Source: Candidatus Saccharimonadia bacterium (GTDB lineage Bacteria; Patescibacteriota; Saccharimonadia; CAILAD01; JADZBC01). Taken from it: a DNA stretch of 64,000 nucleotides. Below the pieces are notes generated by a model. The model did not search any database. It saw only the letters and a program-made list of their open reading frames with translations, and was not told the origin of the DNA. Positions 19,696-29,615 of the stretch are shown in pieces; within the stretch, counting starts at the first letter, position 1, and every line of letters begins with the position of its first letter. The position numbers and the translations under genes were made by a program. The DNA is taken from positions 1,223 through 65,222 of the forward strand of contig JAYRIB010000004.1 of the NCBI GenBank assembly GCA_041907025.1, written 5' to 3'.

Positions 19696-21105
19696 ATGAA
19701 GAAACGCAGCGAACTTATCTTTAGCTTGATCCTGGTACCGATTGATTACTTCATGATGATACTTGGCTTTGTAGCTGCGTATTTTTATCGCTTAGGGAGT
19801 GACAAGCCCTTGGCTTACGACATCGGCGGCACGGCTTACCTGCGCTATCTCATTATTCTCTTGCCGCTCTGGGTGCTGATTTTTGCTATGCTGGGGCTCT
19901 ACTCACTTGGCAGTACTCGCCGTCGTATCGACGAGATCGTTAAGGTGTTCATTGCGAGTGCTTGTGGGGTTATGGCGTTGATTGTGTTGGACTTCTTTAA
20001 TCCGCAGCCCCTCTTTCCCTCCAAAAGCATTGTGATATACGGCTTTATTGCGACCTTTGTGCTGGTAGCCCTCGCACGGCTCATTTTGAGCGTTGTGCAG
20101 CGGGTTTTATTTCATTATGGCGTTGGAGTTCATCAGACACTGATTTTGGCTCCAAACAAGCTTGTTACAAGTCTGGAGCGCGACTTAGGGCCGGGCTACC
20201 ATGTGCTCAATGGCTTGCTGAAGGATTTTAAGCCGCGCAGTGCTACGCCAGAGGATATCGAGCGCATTCATGCGCAGCGTCACATTGACGAAATCATCCA
20301 TATGCACGCAAACAGCGTTGATGACGCTCGCTGGCTAGGCTTTTGTCAGCAGAACAACATCGCATATCGGTATATCCCGAGCATTATGGGGCTGTATGGT
20401 ACAAACGTGCAGACATCATTGCATGGCGGTGTGCCGGTGCTCGAATTACGGGCTACGCCCCTCGAAGGCTGGGGGAGGATTGTGAAGCGCATTGTAGACT
20501 TTATTACATCATTATTTGGAATCATTTTCTTGAGTCCACTATTCGTGGTAATTGCTGCTGCGATTAAGCTTACTGACCCAGGTAGTGTCTTTTATGCTCA
20601 CGAAAGACTGTCCAAATCAGGTAAGAAAATAAGGGTGTTGAAGTTTCGCTCAATGAAGATGGAGTATTCCACGGGCGGAAAGTATGCTAGTAAAACTGCC
20701 GAGGAGGCATTAGCAAAATTTGACGACCCAGGGTTGCTAGAGGAGTTTAAGAAATTCCAGAAGGTAAAAAATGATCCTCGCATCAGTAAAGTAGGGGCGT
20801 TCTTACGTAAAACAAGTCTCGATGAACTGCCTCAGCTCTTTAACATCTTCAAGGGAGATTTGAGTCTTGTAGGTCCACGGCCAATTGTAGAGTCTGAACT
20901 AGAGCGGTACGGCGCACTCGGGGGCAAATTCTTGGCTATTAAACCTGGACTAACTGGCTTGTGGCAGGTTTCAGGGCGAAATGACATTGGCTATGATGAG
21001 CGGGTTGAGTTAGACATTTATTATGTTGAAAATTGGAGCTTATGGATGGATCTGACGATTCTGGTCCGTACGCTGGGAGTGGTGGTGAGGGGCCGTGGTT
21101 ACTAG
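19696..21105 (+). CDS. Polyprenyl-phosphate glycosyl-1-phosphate transferase (WcaJ/WbaP type)
   Basis: N-terminal TMs; KFRSM, DPR, SLDELPQ, SLVGPRP and KPGLTGLWQV motifs. Confidence 0.93.
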   Translation: MKKRSELIFSLILVPIDYFMMILGFVAAYFYRLGSDKPLAYDIGGTAYLRYLIILLPLWVLIFAMLGLYSLGSTRRRIDEIVKVFIASACGVMALIVLDFFNPQPLFPSKSIVIYGFIATFVLVALARLILSVVQRVLFHYGVGVHQTLILAPNKLVTSLERDLGPGYHVLNGLLKDFKPRSATPEDIERIHAQRHIDEIIHMHANSVDDARWLGFCQQNNIAYRYIPSIMGLYGTNVQTSLHGGVPVLELRATPLEGWGRIVKRIVDFITSLFGIIFLSPLFVVIAAAIKLTDPGSVFYAHERLSKSGKKIRVLKFRSMKMEYSTGGKYASKTAEEALAKFDDPGLLEEFKKFQKVKNDPRISKVGAFLRKTSLDELPQLFNIFKGDLSLVGPRPIVESELERYGALGGKFLAIKPGLTGLWQVSGRNDIGYDERVELDIYYVENWSLWMDLTILVRTLGVVVRGRGY

Positions 21106-22213
21106 TACGTCTCGTAACGAGCTAAAAGTCGCTATCGTCCATGACTGGCTGACTAATATAGGTGGCGCAGAGCGCGTGGTGGAGTCACTTTTGAAGGCGT
21201 ACCCCCAGGCGGATTTGTACTCGAGTGTGTACGATGCGGCTAAGCTGCCTCAGTTTAAGGGCCGCGTAACCACTTCGTTTTTACAGCACTGGCCATTGTC
21301 ACGACGTAAACACCAGCTCTACCCCGTGTTGCGAACGCTGGCTTTCGAGAGCTTTGACCTCTCATCCTATGACTTGGTGTTATCTAGTAGTAGTGCTGAG
21401 GCCAAGGGGGTCATTACGCCGACCGAGACGCTGCACATATCTTACATCCATACTCCGGTGCGTTACTATTGGAGCAACTATGACCAATACCTGGCCGACC
21501 CAGGCTTTGGGTTCCTTAATCCACTGGTGCGCTTGGTTGCGCCATTCTTTGTACGCAGAATGCGCCGTTGGGACTTCGCGGCTGCACAGCGACCAGATGC
21601 TCTGATTGCTAACTCAGAAACAGTGGCCAAGCGTATTAAAAAGTACTACAAGCGCGAGGCTAAAGTAATTCATCCGCCAGTAGATTTGGCTCGCTTTCAG
21701 TTGGGCAACGCTACAAGCGGCGATTATTACCTGATCGTTTCACGCCTGGTGCCCTATAAGCGCTACGATATCGCGGTAGAGGCGTGCAATAAGCTCGGTA
21801 AGCGGTTGATGATTGCTGGCAGTGGTTCGGAGCTCACCCATCTTAAAAAGCTTGCTGGCCCGACCATTGAGTTTAAGGGGTCGTTGTCTGAAGATGAGAT
21901 CACGCGCCTCTATGAAGGCTGCAAAGGGTTTTTGTTCCCCGCTGAGGAAGACTTTGGCATTACGCCGCTCGAAGCTATGGCCTGTGGTAAGCCAGTGTTG
22001 GCTTATGGCAAGGGCGGAGCGACAGAGACGGTAGTGGATGGTAAGACAGGCTTACTATTTGGCCATCAAACAGCAGATAGCCTGGCGGACGCCATAGAAC
22101 GATCTGAGACTATGGAGTGGGACAGTGCGCGTATTGCTCGCCACGCAGCCACGTTTAGTGAAGAGCGATTTATTAAACAGATTCATGAAGCGGTCTCGGC
22201 GCACCAAGCGTAG
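21095..22213 (+). CDS. GT4 glycosyltransferase (WbaZ-like)
   Basis: VHDWL..GGAERV and EDFGITPLEAMACG motifs. Confidence 0.92.
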   Translation: MVTSTSRNELKVAIVHDWLTNIGGAERVVESLLKAYPQADLYSSVYDAAKLPQFKGRVTTSFLQHWPLSRRKHQLYPVLRTLAFESFDLSSYDLVLSSSSAEAKGVITPTETLHISYIHTPVRYYWSNYDQYLADPGFGFLNPLVRLVAPFFVRRMRRWDFAAAQRPDALIANSETVAKRIKKYYKREAKVIHPPVDLARFQLGNATSGDYYLIVSRLVPYKRYDIAVEACNKLGKRLMIAGSGSELTHLKKLAGPTIEFKGSLSEDEITRLYEGCKGFLFPAEEDFGITPLEAMACGKPVLAYGKGGATETVVDGKTGLLFGHQTADSLADAIERSETMEWDSARIARHAATFSEERFIKQIHEAVSAHQA

Positions 22214-23591
22214 CTATGCAACTCGAATAGGCGGGAAGCTGCTGATTGCTGTTATTGCCGTGGGTTTTGTAGGTGTTTTTGGAGGAATCTATAATACTGT
22301 TGTAGTAAAAGCTACAGAGATTCAGAAGTACCAGACTCTCATAGGCGGGTTAAGCGGCAAGAGTGGCACCAACCGCACCCTAATCCTCTTTAGTAATAAC
22401 GCCGAGATGCGCTATGGCGGAGGCTTTATTGGCTCGGTTGGCTACATAGAGGCTCAACAAGGCAAAAAGCTCCATATTGACCCAATTCATAGTGTTTATT
22501 ACTACGATCACAGGGTTGAGGGTAAAGAAGATTCGCTTGAATCTGCTACGCCAGAGTTGTTACCCTTGGTACCACGCATTACCTTGCGTGATAGCGGGGT
22601 TGATTTGGACTGGCAACGCAATGCCGAGCGCGCAGCGCGGCTCTTTGAGCTTGAATCTGGCAAGCAGGTTGATACGGTAGCCATGATGACCCCCAGTGTT
22701 ATAAAGGGGTTACTGAGCGTAACTGGACCAGTAGAGCTGAAGGACTATGGTTTTGCAGTCACAAGTAAAAACTTTTTAGAAAAGGTGCAGCTGGAGGTTG
22801 AGGCTGGCGATGACAAGCAGGCCGGCAAAGACCCGAAGACGATACTTGGCGTGCTTGCTAACACCCTACTTAAGCAGCTTTTTGAGCAGGGTAGCCTGCA
22901 GGACGTTGCCAAGTACTCCGAGTTACTATCCAAGATGGCCGAGCAGAAGCAGCTCGCGCTCTACAGTCGTGACGCCAAGGTTCAAGAACTACTGACATCA
23001 ACTGGAATTGATGGCGGGCTCATGCCAGCAGATGGTGATTACTTGATGGTTGCCGAAGCTAACATCGGGGCAAACAAGAGTAGCCCATATATGGAGCAAA
23101 ATATCAGTCGGAAACTGATGATTGATAGCTCGGGCAGGGCAACGGTGGAGGTGGTACTAGAGCGCAAGCATACTGGGCGGTATTTGCACCAGTATGTTGA
23201 TCCGCATGATGGTCGTACGAAGTGGCTGGTTGGTGCGAATGCGAGTTATATGAAGCTTGCTCTGCCCGTAGGTAGTAGGATTCTGACTAAGGACTTTGAT
23301 CTGTCGCGGGAAGTATACACGGAGTCGGGGCGAGACGTGGTAACTTTCTTTTCTGGCCTTGAGCCAGGATCAGCCGCCACATACAGGCTGACCTATGAGC
23401 TACCGTTTCGTTATGATATGGGTTCAGAAGTGGTGATTCGCAGTGTTATGGAAAAGCCAATTGGTGGCTTTGCTCAAACGGTAACCCAAACGGTAGAGTT
23501 GCCAACTGGCTACCGGCTGGCTGAAGGGAGTTTACCTAAGAACATGCAATTAGAGACGGACCTTGACTCGCGGCTCGTGTATCGCCGCTAG
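22185..23591 (+). CDS. DUF4012-like membrane-anchored protein
   Basis: N-terminal TM, NNAEMRYGGGFIGS and NIGANKS motifs. Confidence 0.7.
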   Translation: MKRSRRTKRSYATRIGGKLLIAVIAVGFVGVFGGIYNTVVVKATEIQKYQTLIGGLSGKSGTNRTLILFSNNAEMRYGGGFIGSVGYIEAQQGKKLHIDPIHSVYYYDHRVEGKEDSLESATPELLPLVPRITLRDSGVDLDWQRNAERAARLFELESGKQVDTVAMMTPSVIKGLLSVTGPVELKDYGFAVTSKNFLEKVQLEVEAGDDKQAGKDPKTILGVLANTLLKQLFEQGSLQDVAKYSELLSKMAEQKQLALYSRDAKVQELLTSTGIDGGLMPADGDYLMVAEANIGANKSSPYMEQNISRKLMIDSSGRATVEVVLERKHTGRYLHQYVDPHDGRTKWLVGANASYMKLALPVGSRILTKDFDLSREVYTESGRDVVTFFSGLEPGSAATYRLTYELPFRYDMGSEVVIRSVMEKPIGGFAQTVTQTVELPTGYRLAEGSLPKNMQLETDLDSRLVYRR

Positions 23592-23623
23592 TGCCCACTC
23601 CTGCCACTGGACTTACCCTAATC

Positions 23624-23651
23624 AAAAGACCCTCATATGCGAGGGTCTTTT
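23624..23651. terminator. Bidirectional intrinsic terminator
   Basis: AAAAGACCCTC-atatgc-GAGGGTCTTTT. Confidence 0.85.
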
Positions 23652-23676
23652 ATAAGTAGAACTTGGTAGGGACGGG

Positions 23677-24018
23677 CTACTGAGCTTCTTTTACGATGGC
23701 TTCAAACGCCTTAGGCTGGTTAACCGCTAACTCAGCGAGCATTTTGCGGTTAAGCTTGATGCCAGTCTTATTGAGACCTGCAATGAGCTTAGAGTAGGTA
23801 GTATCATTCTGAACGGCACCAGCACCGATGCGGGTGATCCAGAGTGAGCGCATGTCGCGTTTTAGGTTGCGACGGTCGCGGTACTGGTATGAAAGGGCCT
23901 TAAGCACGGCTTCGTGAGCCTTACGGTACGAAGATGTTCGAGCATGACTCATCCCTTTGGCGGCTTTGAGTACCTTCTTGTGTCGTTTTCTGGCTGTTAC
24001 GCCTCGTTTTACTCTCAT
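23677..24018 (-). CDS. rplT: 50S ribosomal protein bL20
   Basis: MRVKRGV, YRDRR, LWITRI and [10 protein letters not shown] motifs. Confidence 0.97.
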   Translation of the reverse strand: MRVKRGVTARKRHKKVLKAAKGMSHARTSSYRKAHEAVLKALSYQYRDRRNLKRDMRSLWITRIGAGAVQNDTTYSKLIAGLNKTGIKLNRKMLAELAVNQPKAFEAIVKEAQ

Positions 24019-24021
24019 GGC

Positions 24022-24216
24022 TTATAGTCCTAACATTTTCTTGATATTCTTGCTGTCACCCAGTGCTACGCCGTGCTCCAGAGTAAAGGCACGTTTGCGC
24101 GTAGCTGACTTAATCGTCAGTTTGTGGGCGCGAGTAGCTTTACGGCGCATAATCTTACCGCTGCCGGTAATCTTTACGCGCTTGCTCATCGTCTTATTCG
24201 TCTTTAGCTTTGGCAT
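24022..24216 (-). CDS. rpmI: 50S ribosomal protein bL35
   Basis: MPKLKT...KRVKITGSGK; infC-rpmI-rplT order. Confidence 0.96.
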   Translation of the reverse strand: MPKLKTNKTMSKRVKITGSGKIMRRKATRAHKLTIKSATRKRAFTLEHGVALGDSKNIKKMLGL

Positions 24217-24724
24217 CTTTTCTCCTTGCTACTACCATGGACAGTTCTCGGCCCGATAGATTGGGCTCCTGCTCTTTAGTGGCGATATCTGAAAGCTTCA
24301 CGTAGAAGTTGTCCAGAATGGCACGACCAAGCTCAGGGTGAGTTATCTCGCGACCCTTGAAGCGTAGATTCACTTTTACTTTATTACCTTGCTCAAGGAA
24401 TTTGATAGCTGCTTTGAGCTTAACCTCAATGTCGTGCGAACCAGTTTTGAGGCCGAGTCGGACTTGCTTAACCTCGACGTTCTTCTGGTTTCGGCGACTT
24501 TTCTGCAGCTGCTTCTCTTGTTCGTACCGATACTTGCCCCAGTCAACAAGTTTGACGACGGGAGGATCGGCAGTCGGTGAAACTTCGGCTAGATCAAAGC
24601 CCTGCTCTTCTGCAATATTCAGGGCTTCTCGAATTGAGATAACACCGTGTTGCTCAGAGTCAGATCCAAGTAACCGTACCATTGGTGCAGTTATCTCATG
24701 ATTCAACCTAATTCTACCTTTTAT
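24194..24724 (-). CDS. infC: Translation initiation factor IF-3, probable ATA start
   Basis: DWGKYRYE, KVKVNLRFKGRE; TAAGGAG Shine-Dalgarno 9 nt before the in-frame ATA at 24724. Confidence 0.95.
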   Translation of the reverse strand: MKGRIRLNHEITAPMVRLLGSDSEQHGVISIREALNIAEEQGFDLAEVSPTADPPVVKLVDWGKYRYEQEKQLQKSRRNQKNVEVKQVRLGLKTGSHDIEVKLKAAIKFLEQGNKVKVNLRFKGREITHPELGRAILDNFYVKLSDIATKEQEPNLSGRELSMVVARRKDAKAKDE

Positions 24725-24788
24725 AAAAGAGATCTCCTTAAAGCTCAAAGAGAATGATAGCACTAAGAACCAAGGAAATCAAGGTGTT

Positions 24789-25601
24789 CTAAGCGAGACT
24801 GTCTCGCTTCCTGCTGACGATGACTGATTGCTGCTGAGCTAGCTGTGACACCTGGATGACAAGGCGAAGCTGCAAAAGGCCATGGAGCAAGAGGGGGCTT
24901 GAGGTTTCTATGGTGATATCACTAGCTTTAAGTCGTAACATCTTGGCAGGAGATGAAGGCAGGTTCTGTTTTGTTGGCAGAGCAATGAGTGGCTGCTTGT
25001 TCTGCAGTAGTTGGTCGCTGCCCTGACTGGCTGTTGCCTCAATAAGTATCGGCTGAACGTGCTCGGTGGCGGGATCTTTAGATGTGTTGGTCAGCGTGAG
25101 TTCACTTATTGGCAATTCAACAGTGAGCTTATGGTCGATGCTAAGGGTTATAGTTTGTTTCGTACCTAGCTGCGTTTGTTTGGGGCTAAGGGTGCAATAG
25201 GAGAGTATTGTGTAATCTTCAACGGCAAGCAGGTGAAAGTCCTCTCGTTTGCCTTTTAAGAGGGCAACGGTGGCCTGCTTCCAGTCTGTTACGCCTAAAT
25301 GCTGCGCGCTTTGCGAGTTGGGGCGAAGCGGAATGTAGCCCAGAGGGATTTTACCCGTTTGGTCTGCCTGCGAGAGTGAGGATATTGCTAGGTCGAGACT
25401 AAGGTCGTCGCCGAGCATTACGATGGTGGCGGTCGAGGAGCTGGTGGCTATCTTTTTGACTTGCTCCATGATGTGCTGCGGGCTCTTAAGGCTCAGTTGC
25501 TCACCAGCGATTCGACTTGTCTTAATCCAGCTTTGGATGCGGTTGAGTTGTCCCGTGGGGGTAGTCTTGGCTACTCGTTCGTCGATAAGGTAGTGATGCA
25601 T
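24789..25601 (-). CDS. Diacylglycerol-kinase-like protein, degenerate
   Basis: TIVMLGDD...PLGYIP resembles the GGDG...LGIIP signature of the DAGK catalytic domain. Confidence 0.55.
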   Translation of the reverse strand: MHHYLIDERVAKTTPTGQLNRIQSWIKTSRIAGEQLSLKSPQHIMEQVKKIATSSSTATIVMLGDDLSLDLAISSLSQADQTGKIPLGYIPLRPNSQSAQHLGVTDWKQATVALLKGKREDFHLLAVEDYTILSYCTLSPKQTQLGTKQTITLSIDHKLTVELPISELTLTNTSKDPATEHVQPILIEATASQGSDQLLQNKQPLIALPTKQNLPSSPAKMLRLKASDITIETSSPLLLHGLLQLRLVIQVSQLAQQQSVIVSRKRDSLA

Positions 25602-25602
25602 G

Positions 25603-25977
25603 CTAGCTTGTTGTAATTGTTACATCGATAAGCTGACTGCCAGGTTGGACGTCGAGACTGTCACACTGTAGTTTGGCGTGCTGTAGCCTAGAGCCGCCCT
25701 GAATAACCAGCCGTGCCTCGGCTGAAAGCGACCCTTGTAGGTTACCCTGATGGTACACGCTGCGCGCCGAAGCTGCTCCCTGCACAACCGCGTTTGGCCC
25801 TATTGTGAGATGGCTGGTGGAAGTAATGTCGCCTTTTAGCGCAGCATCGAGTAGGAAGTCATCATATACCTTGATGCTGCCGCGCGCTTTAGCCGGTTCG
25901 TGAAGGAAAAGCTCACTCGAGAGGGCGTTGGGTGACTTTCGCTGCCAGATTTTGGGCTGAAGTGACCTTAGCTTCAT
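25603..25977 (-). CDS. Bactofilin (polymer-forming cytoskeletal protein)
   Basis: Beta-helix pattern LKGDI...LTIGPNAVVQG...GNLQGSL. Confidence 0.75.
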   Translation of the reverse strand: MKLRSLQPKIWQRKSPNALSSELFLHEPAKARGSIKVYDDFLLDAALKGDITSTSHLTIGPNAVVQGAASARSVYHQGNLQGSLSAEARLVIQGGSRLQHAKLQCDSLDVQPGSQLIDVTITTS

Positions 25978-26441
25978 GCATCATCTCGATTCGTCATGGC
26001 TTTTTGGATGGCACGCATTTCTTCGTCCGAAAGGTGGTGCTTGCTCTTACCTTGTTCGATTTCTTTGGCGTATAATCGCGCGCCAGTTCGGGAGTGGATA
26101 GCGGACATAACGAAGCCATCCAGGTGACGGTTGAGTGCAGCGAGGCAGAAACTCTGATCACCCCCTTTGTCATTAAACGGATTAAAACGCACCAAGCCGA
26201 CTCGCGTCAGTCCTTTGGAACTGAGTTTATGTAAGTTGGCGCTGAAAACAGCTAACTCGTCTAGTTTGCGAGCGTTATCTTTAACTTCAAGGTTATACTG
26301 CTTGAGGATTCGCTCAATTGACTTCGGATCTTGGCGGTCAAAAAACACTCCGTATGCGGCTTTGATGGACATGACTTGCCACACCGAGTAGACAGCTACT
26401 GACAGGCTGATAGTTGATATGATAATCATAAATAACTCCAC
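25974..26441 (-). CDS. DUF4446-family protein
   Basis: N-terminal TM, VGLVRFNPF..GGDQSF, YAKEI and LSDEE motifs. Confidence 0.85.
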   Translation of the reverse strand: MELFMIIISTISLSVAVYSVWQVMSIKAAYGVFFDRQDPKSIERILKQYNLEVKDNARKLDELAVFSANLHKLSSKGLTRVGLVRFNPFNDKGGDQSFCLAALNRHLDGFVMSAIHSRTGARLYAKEIEQGKSKHHLSDEEMRAIQKAMTNRDDA

Positions 26442-26541
26442 TCACTCTTCTCACATTTAGCTATGTCATTATAGCTGTTTGTAGCCGTTCTTGGCAACGC
26501 TGGGTAAAGCAGTTAGAATATGACAAAGGGGAGTAATACAC

Positions 26542-26883
26542 ATGGCTAAAAAGAAGAAACACAACAAGAAGAAGTCGCAGTATAAGGCCAGCAAAAGATC
26601 AGAAGGTGTTACTGCGGCTGTGCAGCGGCAAGATATGACTGCAAGCTCGTCTAGCCTAGCCCAACCCGCGCAGGGAGGGAGTGAAGCTAAGAATAAGCCA
26701 GATCACAAGCGCTCAGTACCGACACCAGATAGCGGAGATCAGGTTGTCGCTCGGCGTGCACGACGCGAGGTGAAGCATGCTTTGGTCTTGGCTGGCGCGA
26801 TCATGCTTGGACTTATTGCCTTGTGGTGTTTATTTGCCTTTACATCGGTTGGGTCAGAAGTCTACAAGTTCATTCGTATTTAG
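26542..26883 (+). CDS. Hypothetical protein, Lys-rich N-terminus and C-terminal TM
   Basis: GGGGAG Shine-Dalgarno; 113-aa ORF. Confidence 0.65.
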   Translation: MAKKKKHNKKKSQYKASKRSEGVTAAVQRQDMTASSSSLAQPAQGGSEAKNKPDHKRSVPTPDSGDQVVARRARREVKHALVLAGAIMLGLIALWCLFAFTSVGSEVYKFIRI

Positions 26884-26893
26884 GTTTTTATTG

Positions 26894-28393
26894 CTACATA
26901 CGGTATTGTAGTGCTTCACTGAAGTGAGGGAGTTGAATGTGTTTACTATCGTCAAGGTCGGCGATCGTGCGGCTTACCTTAAGCACACGCATGTAAGAGC
27001 GGGCGGAGAGTCGTAGCTGGTTAATGGCCTGATCGGCTAGGCTCTGGGTTTTGTCGTCAAGCGCACAGACGCTTTTAATGTCCTGATTACTAAGCTGACT
27101 GTTCTCTACGGCTTTACCATTGGACTTAGATCGATCAAGCTGGGTGGCTCTGGCGCAGGCAACTCGCTTAGCTATCGCCCTAGTCGACTCGCCAGGGTTC
27201 TGCTGTAATAATTCGCTCGATGGCATACGGCCAACATGGACCTTGATATCTATTCGATCCAGAAGCGGGCCAGATACTTTGTGCTGGTAGCGGTTGATCT
27301 GAACAGGTGTGCATTGGCACGAGGTGAGTGGGTCGCCAGCGTAACCACATGGACAAGGGTTCTGGGTGGCGACAAGCATGAAACTGGCAGGGAATCGATA
27401 GGTGGCGGTGGCCCGTGCAATGCTGACAGCCTTGTCCTCGAGAGGTTGGCGCAATACTTCGAGTGCACTACGGGGAAACTCGGGTAACTCATCAAGAAAG
27501 AGGATGCCGCGATGAGCTAGGCTGATTTCGCCCGGCTTTGGCCATTGCCCGCCGCCAGTTAGGGCAATGTTGCTCGAGGTATGGTGAGGGGAACGAAACG
27601 GACGACTGGTCACCAGCGTGTCACCTGTTTCGGCGCAGAGGCCGTGGATGCGCGTTACCTCGATCATTTCCTCATAGCTGAGGCCGGGTAAAATGCCGGC
27701 GATCGCCTTGGCAAGCAGTGTCTTGCCTGATCCAGGCGGGCCACTAAAGAGAATATTGTGTCCACCTGCTGCAGCTATCTCGGCAGCCCGCTTGGCTTGC
27801 TCTTGACCGTAAACCTCGGCAAAATCAACTGTTGGTGCGGGCGGAGCTGCTTTGGCGGGCTGCTTGGTGAGGGGAGCAATGGTCAATTCGCCAATAAGGT
27901 GCTTGTAGAGCTGCAAAAGGCTCTCGACTGGGTAAATGCTTACATTGGGGACTAGCGTGGCCTGAGCGGCGTTGTGAGCAGGCACATAGAGGTTCGTTAT
28001 GCCCTGTTCGGCAGCGGCTTGGGCTACTGCCAGACAGCCCGGAACTGGCCGTGTACTGCCGTTAAGGGCAAGTTCGCCGTAGAACATGCTTTGGGAGGTG
28101 AGTGGTTCAATCTGGCCCGAGGAAACCAAGATGCCAATTGCGATGCCGAGGTCGAAGGCGCTACCATTCTTGGGTAGATCGGCTGGCGCGAGGTTTACGG
28201 TGATACGCTTTGGCGGGAAGGTGAGTCCGGAGTTCTTGATAGCACTGCGTACACGCTCTTTCGATTCTTCGATCGCTTTGTTGGCGAGCCCAACAACGAC
28301 GAAGCCAGGGAGACCGTTACTCATGTCGGTTTCGATATCAATGAGTTGCGGTGTAAGGCCTAAGTGGGTGACGCTTTGGGTGTTGGCTAACAT
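26894..28393 (-). CDS. comM: YifB/ComM Mg-chelatase-like AAA+ ATPase
   Basis: ITVNLAPADLPK, GPPGSGKT, PFRSPHH, GEISLAHRGILFLDE and NPCPCG motifs. Confidence 0.95.
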   Translation of the reverse strand: MLANTQSVTHLGLTPQLIDIETDMSNGLPGFVVVGLANKAIEESKERVRSAIKNSGLTFPPKRITVNLAPADLPKNGSAFDLGIAIGILVSSGQIEPLTSQSMFYGELALNGSTRPVPGCLAVAQAAAEQGITNLYVPAHNAAQATLVPNVSIYPVESLLQLYKHLIGELTIAPLTKQPAKAAPPAPTVDFAEVYGQEQAKRAAEIAAAGGHNILFSGPPGSGKTLLAKAIAGILPGLSYEEMIEVTRIHGLCAETGDTLVTSRPFRSPHHTSSNIALTGGGQWPKPGEISLAHRGILFLDELPEFPRSALEVLRQPLEDKAVSIARATATYRFPASFMLVATQNPCPCGYAGDPLTSCQCTPVQINRYQHKVSGPLLDRIDIKVHVGRMPSSELLQQNPGESTRAIAKRVACARATQLDRSKSNGKAVENSQLSNQDIKSVCALDDKTQSLADQAINQLRLSARSYMRVLKVSRTIADLDDSKHIQLPHFSEALQYRM

Positions 28394-28453
28394 AAACTGT
28401 CCTCCTGTTTCTTGGAGGATAACGAATACAAACCGAACTGTCAACCATGGGCG

Positions 28454-29566
28454 TTATGGGGTGGCGTACCAACGTGCGGCGGACTCTGGCGGAATGGTGT
28501 TGATCATGATGCCTGTTGCAACTTCGAGTCCGCCGAGGGGGCTGACAACGTCGCGACCGTAGACGCGTAAGACCCAGCTTTGGTTCTTGCTGACGCCTTC
28601 TTCGATGAAGAAGTTGTAGTTTATAGCTGAGGAGTTCAGCTTTCGTAGTAATATTAGCAACGATTTAGCAATCTCGGCAATTTCCTTAGGCGTAGCTTCG
28701 GAAAAACTTTGCATATGGCGCTTTGGTATTAACCAAGCCTCGAGCGGCCAGCCCGATGCGTAGGGTGCAAATGCTAGGACCGATGCGTTGTCGGCAATGA
28801 TGCGCTGCTGCTGTTTAGTCTCGTAGGCGATAATGTCTTGGTATGGGTTGGATTTCTTGCGGGTAACATAGTCATCAACCACCTTGGCTCTAGCTGCAAA
28901 GCGGGGCGGGATAATCGGCAAGGCAAATATTTGTGTATGCGCGTGGGCGAGCGAAGCACCCGCATGGTGGCCATCGTTCTTAAAGACCTGTACGTATTTG
29001 ATGTGTTCTAGCCCGCTCAGAGCGTGCAAACGCTGTTGATAGACTCTGAGGACGTCTTGCATTGATTCGGGGCTCAGACGGCCTGGAGGCGTGTTGCTGA
29101 GCGGTGTGTCCACTACGAGTTCTTGGCTACCGTATGATTTGGGTGTGGTCAGCGAAATGGCCGGGAACTTGTTGGCTACCACGCGGACAGGCCAGCCGCC
29201 AAGGGGAGATTGGAGGCTGTCGATGAGCTCTTGGTCGTCCAGGTGTGGGCTGGAGGCAGTTTCGATTAGCGGATGGTCATTACCGCGGAAGTCAAACGGC
29301 CGGTTATGTCGCTTTGGTGCAATAATGGCGTATTCATCGTAGATGTAGTCTCGACGGATTTCTGCTTCGGCCGAAGAATCACCGAAGTTCAGGGTGGAGG
29401 CTGATGGTTTCTCTACTGGTTGGCCTGGGGAGGTGCTGACGTGATTGCCTGCGAGCTCGGCATGGGGCTGCGTGGCTGCATCTATCTCACCCACGGTTGC
29501 TGGGTTAGCAAGATTGGTTTTATGAAATGAATGCGCTTGTTTGCTCTGCACTGTTCCGCCCGACAT
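28454..29566 (-). CDS. galT: Galactose-1-phosphate uridylyltransferase
   Basis: VRVVANKFPA and FKNDG..AGASLAHAHTQ (HxHxQ). Confidence 0.88.
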   Translation of the reverse strand: MSGGTVQSKQAHSFHKTNLANPATVGEIDAATQPHAELAGNHVSTSPGQPVEKPSASTLNFGDSSAEAEIRRDYIYDEYAIIAPKRHNRPFDFRGNDHPLIETASSPHLDDQELIDSLQSPLGGWPVRVVANKFPAISLTTPKSYGSQELVVDTPLSNTPPGRLSPESMQDVLRVYQQRLHALSGLEHIKYVQVFKNDGHHAGASLAHAHTQIFALPIIPPRFAARAKVVDDYVTRKKSNPYQDIIAYETKQQQRIIADNASVLAFAPYASGWPLEAWLIPKRHMQSFSEATPKEIAEIAKSLLILLRKLNSSAINYNFFIEEGVSKNQSWVLRVYGRDVVSPLGGLEVATGIMINTIPPESAARWYATP

Positions 29567-29615
29567 AGTTATTAATCCCTATAATAGCAGTATTACGCTT
29601 ATGGCAAAAGTAGGA

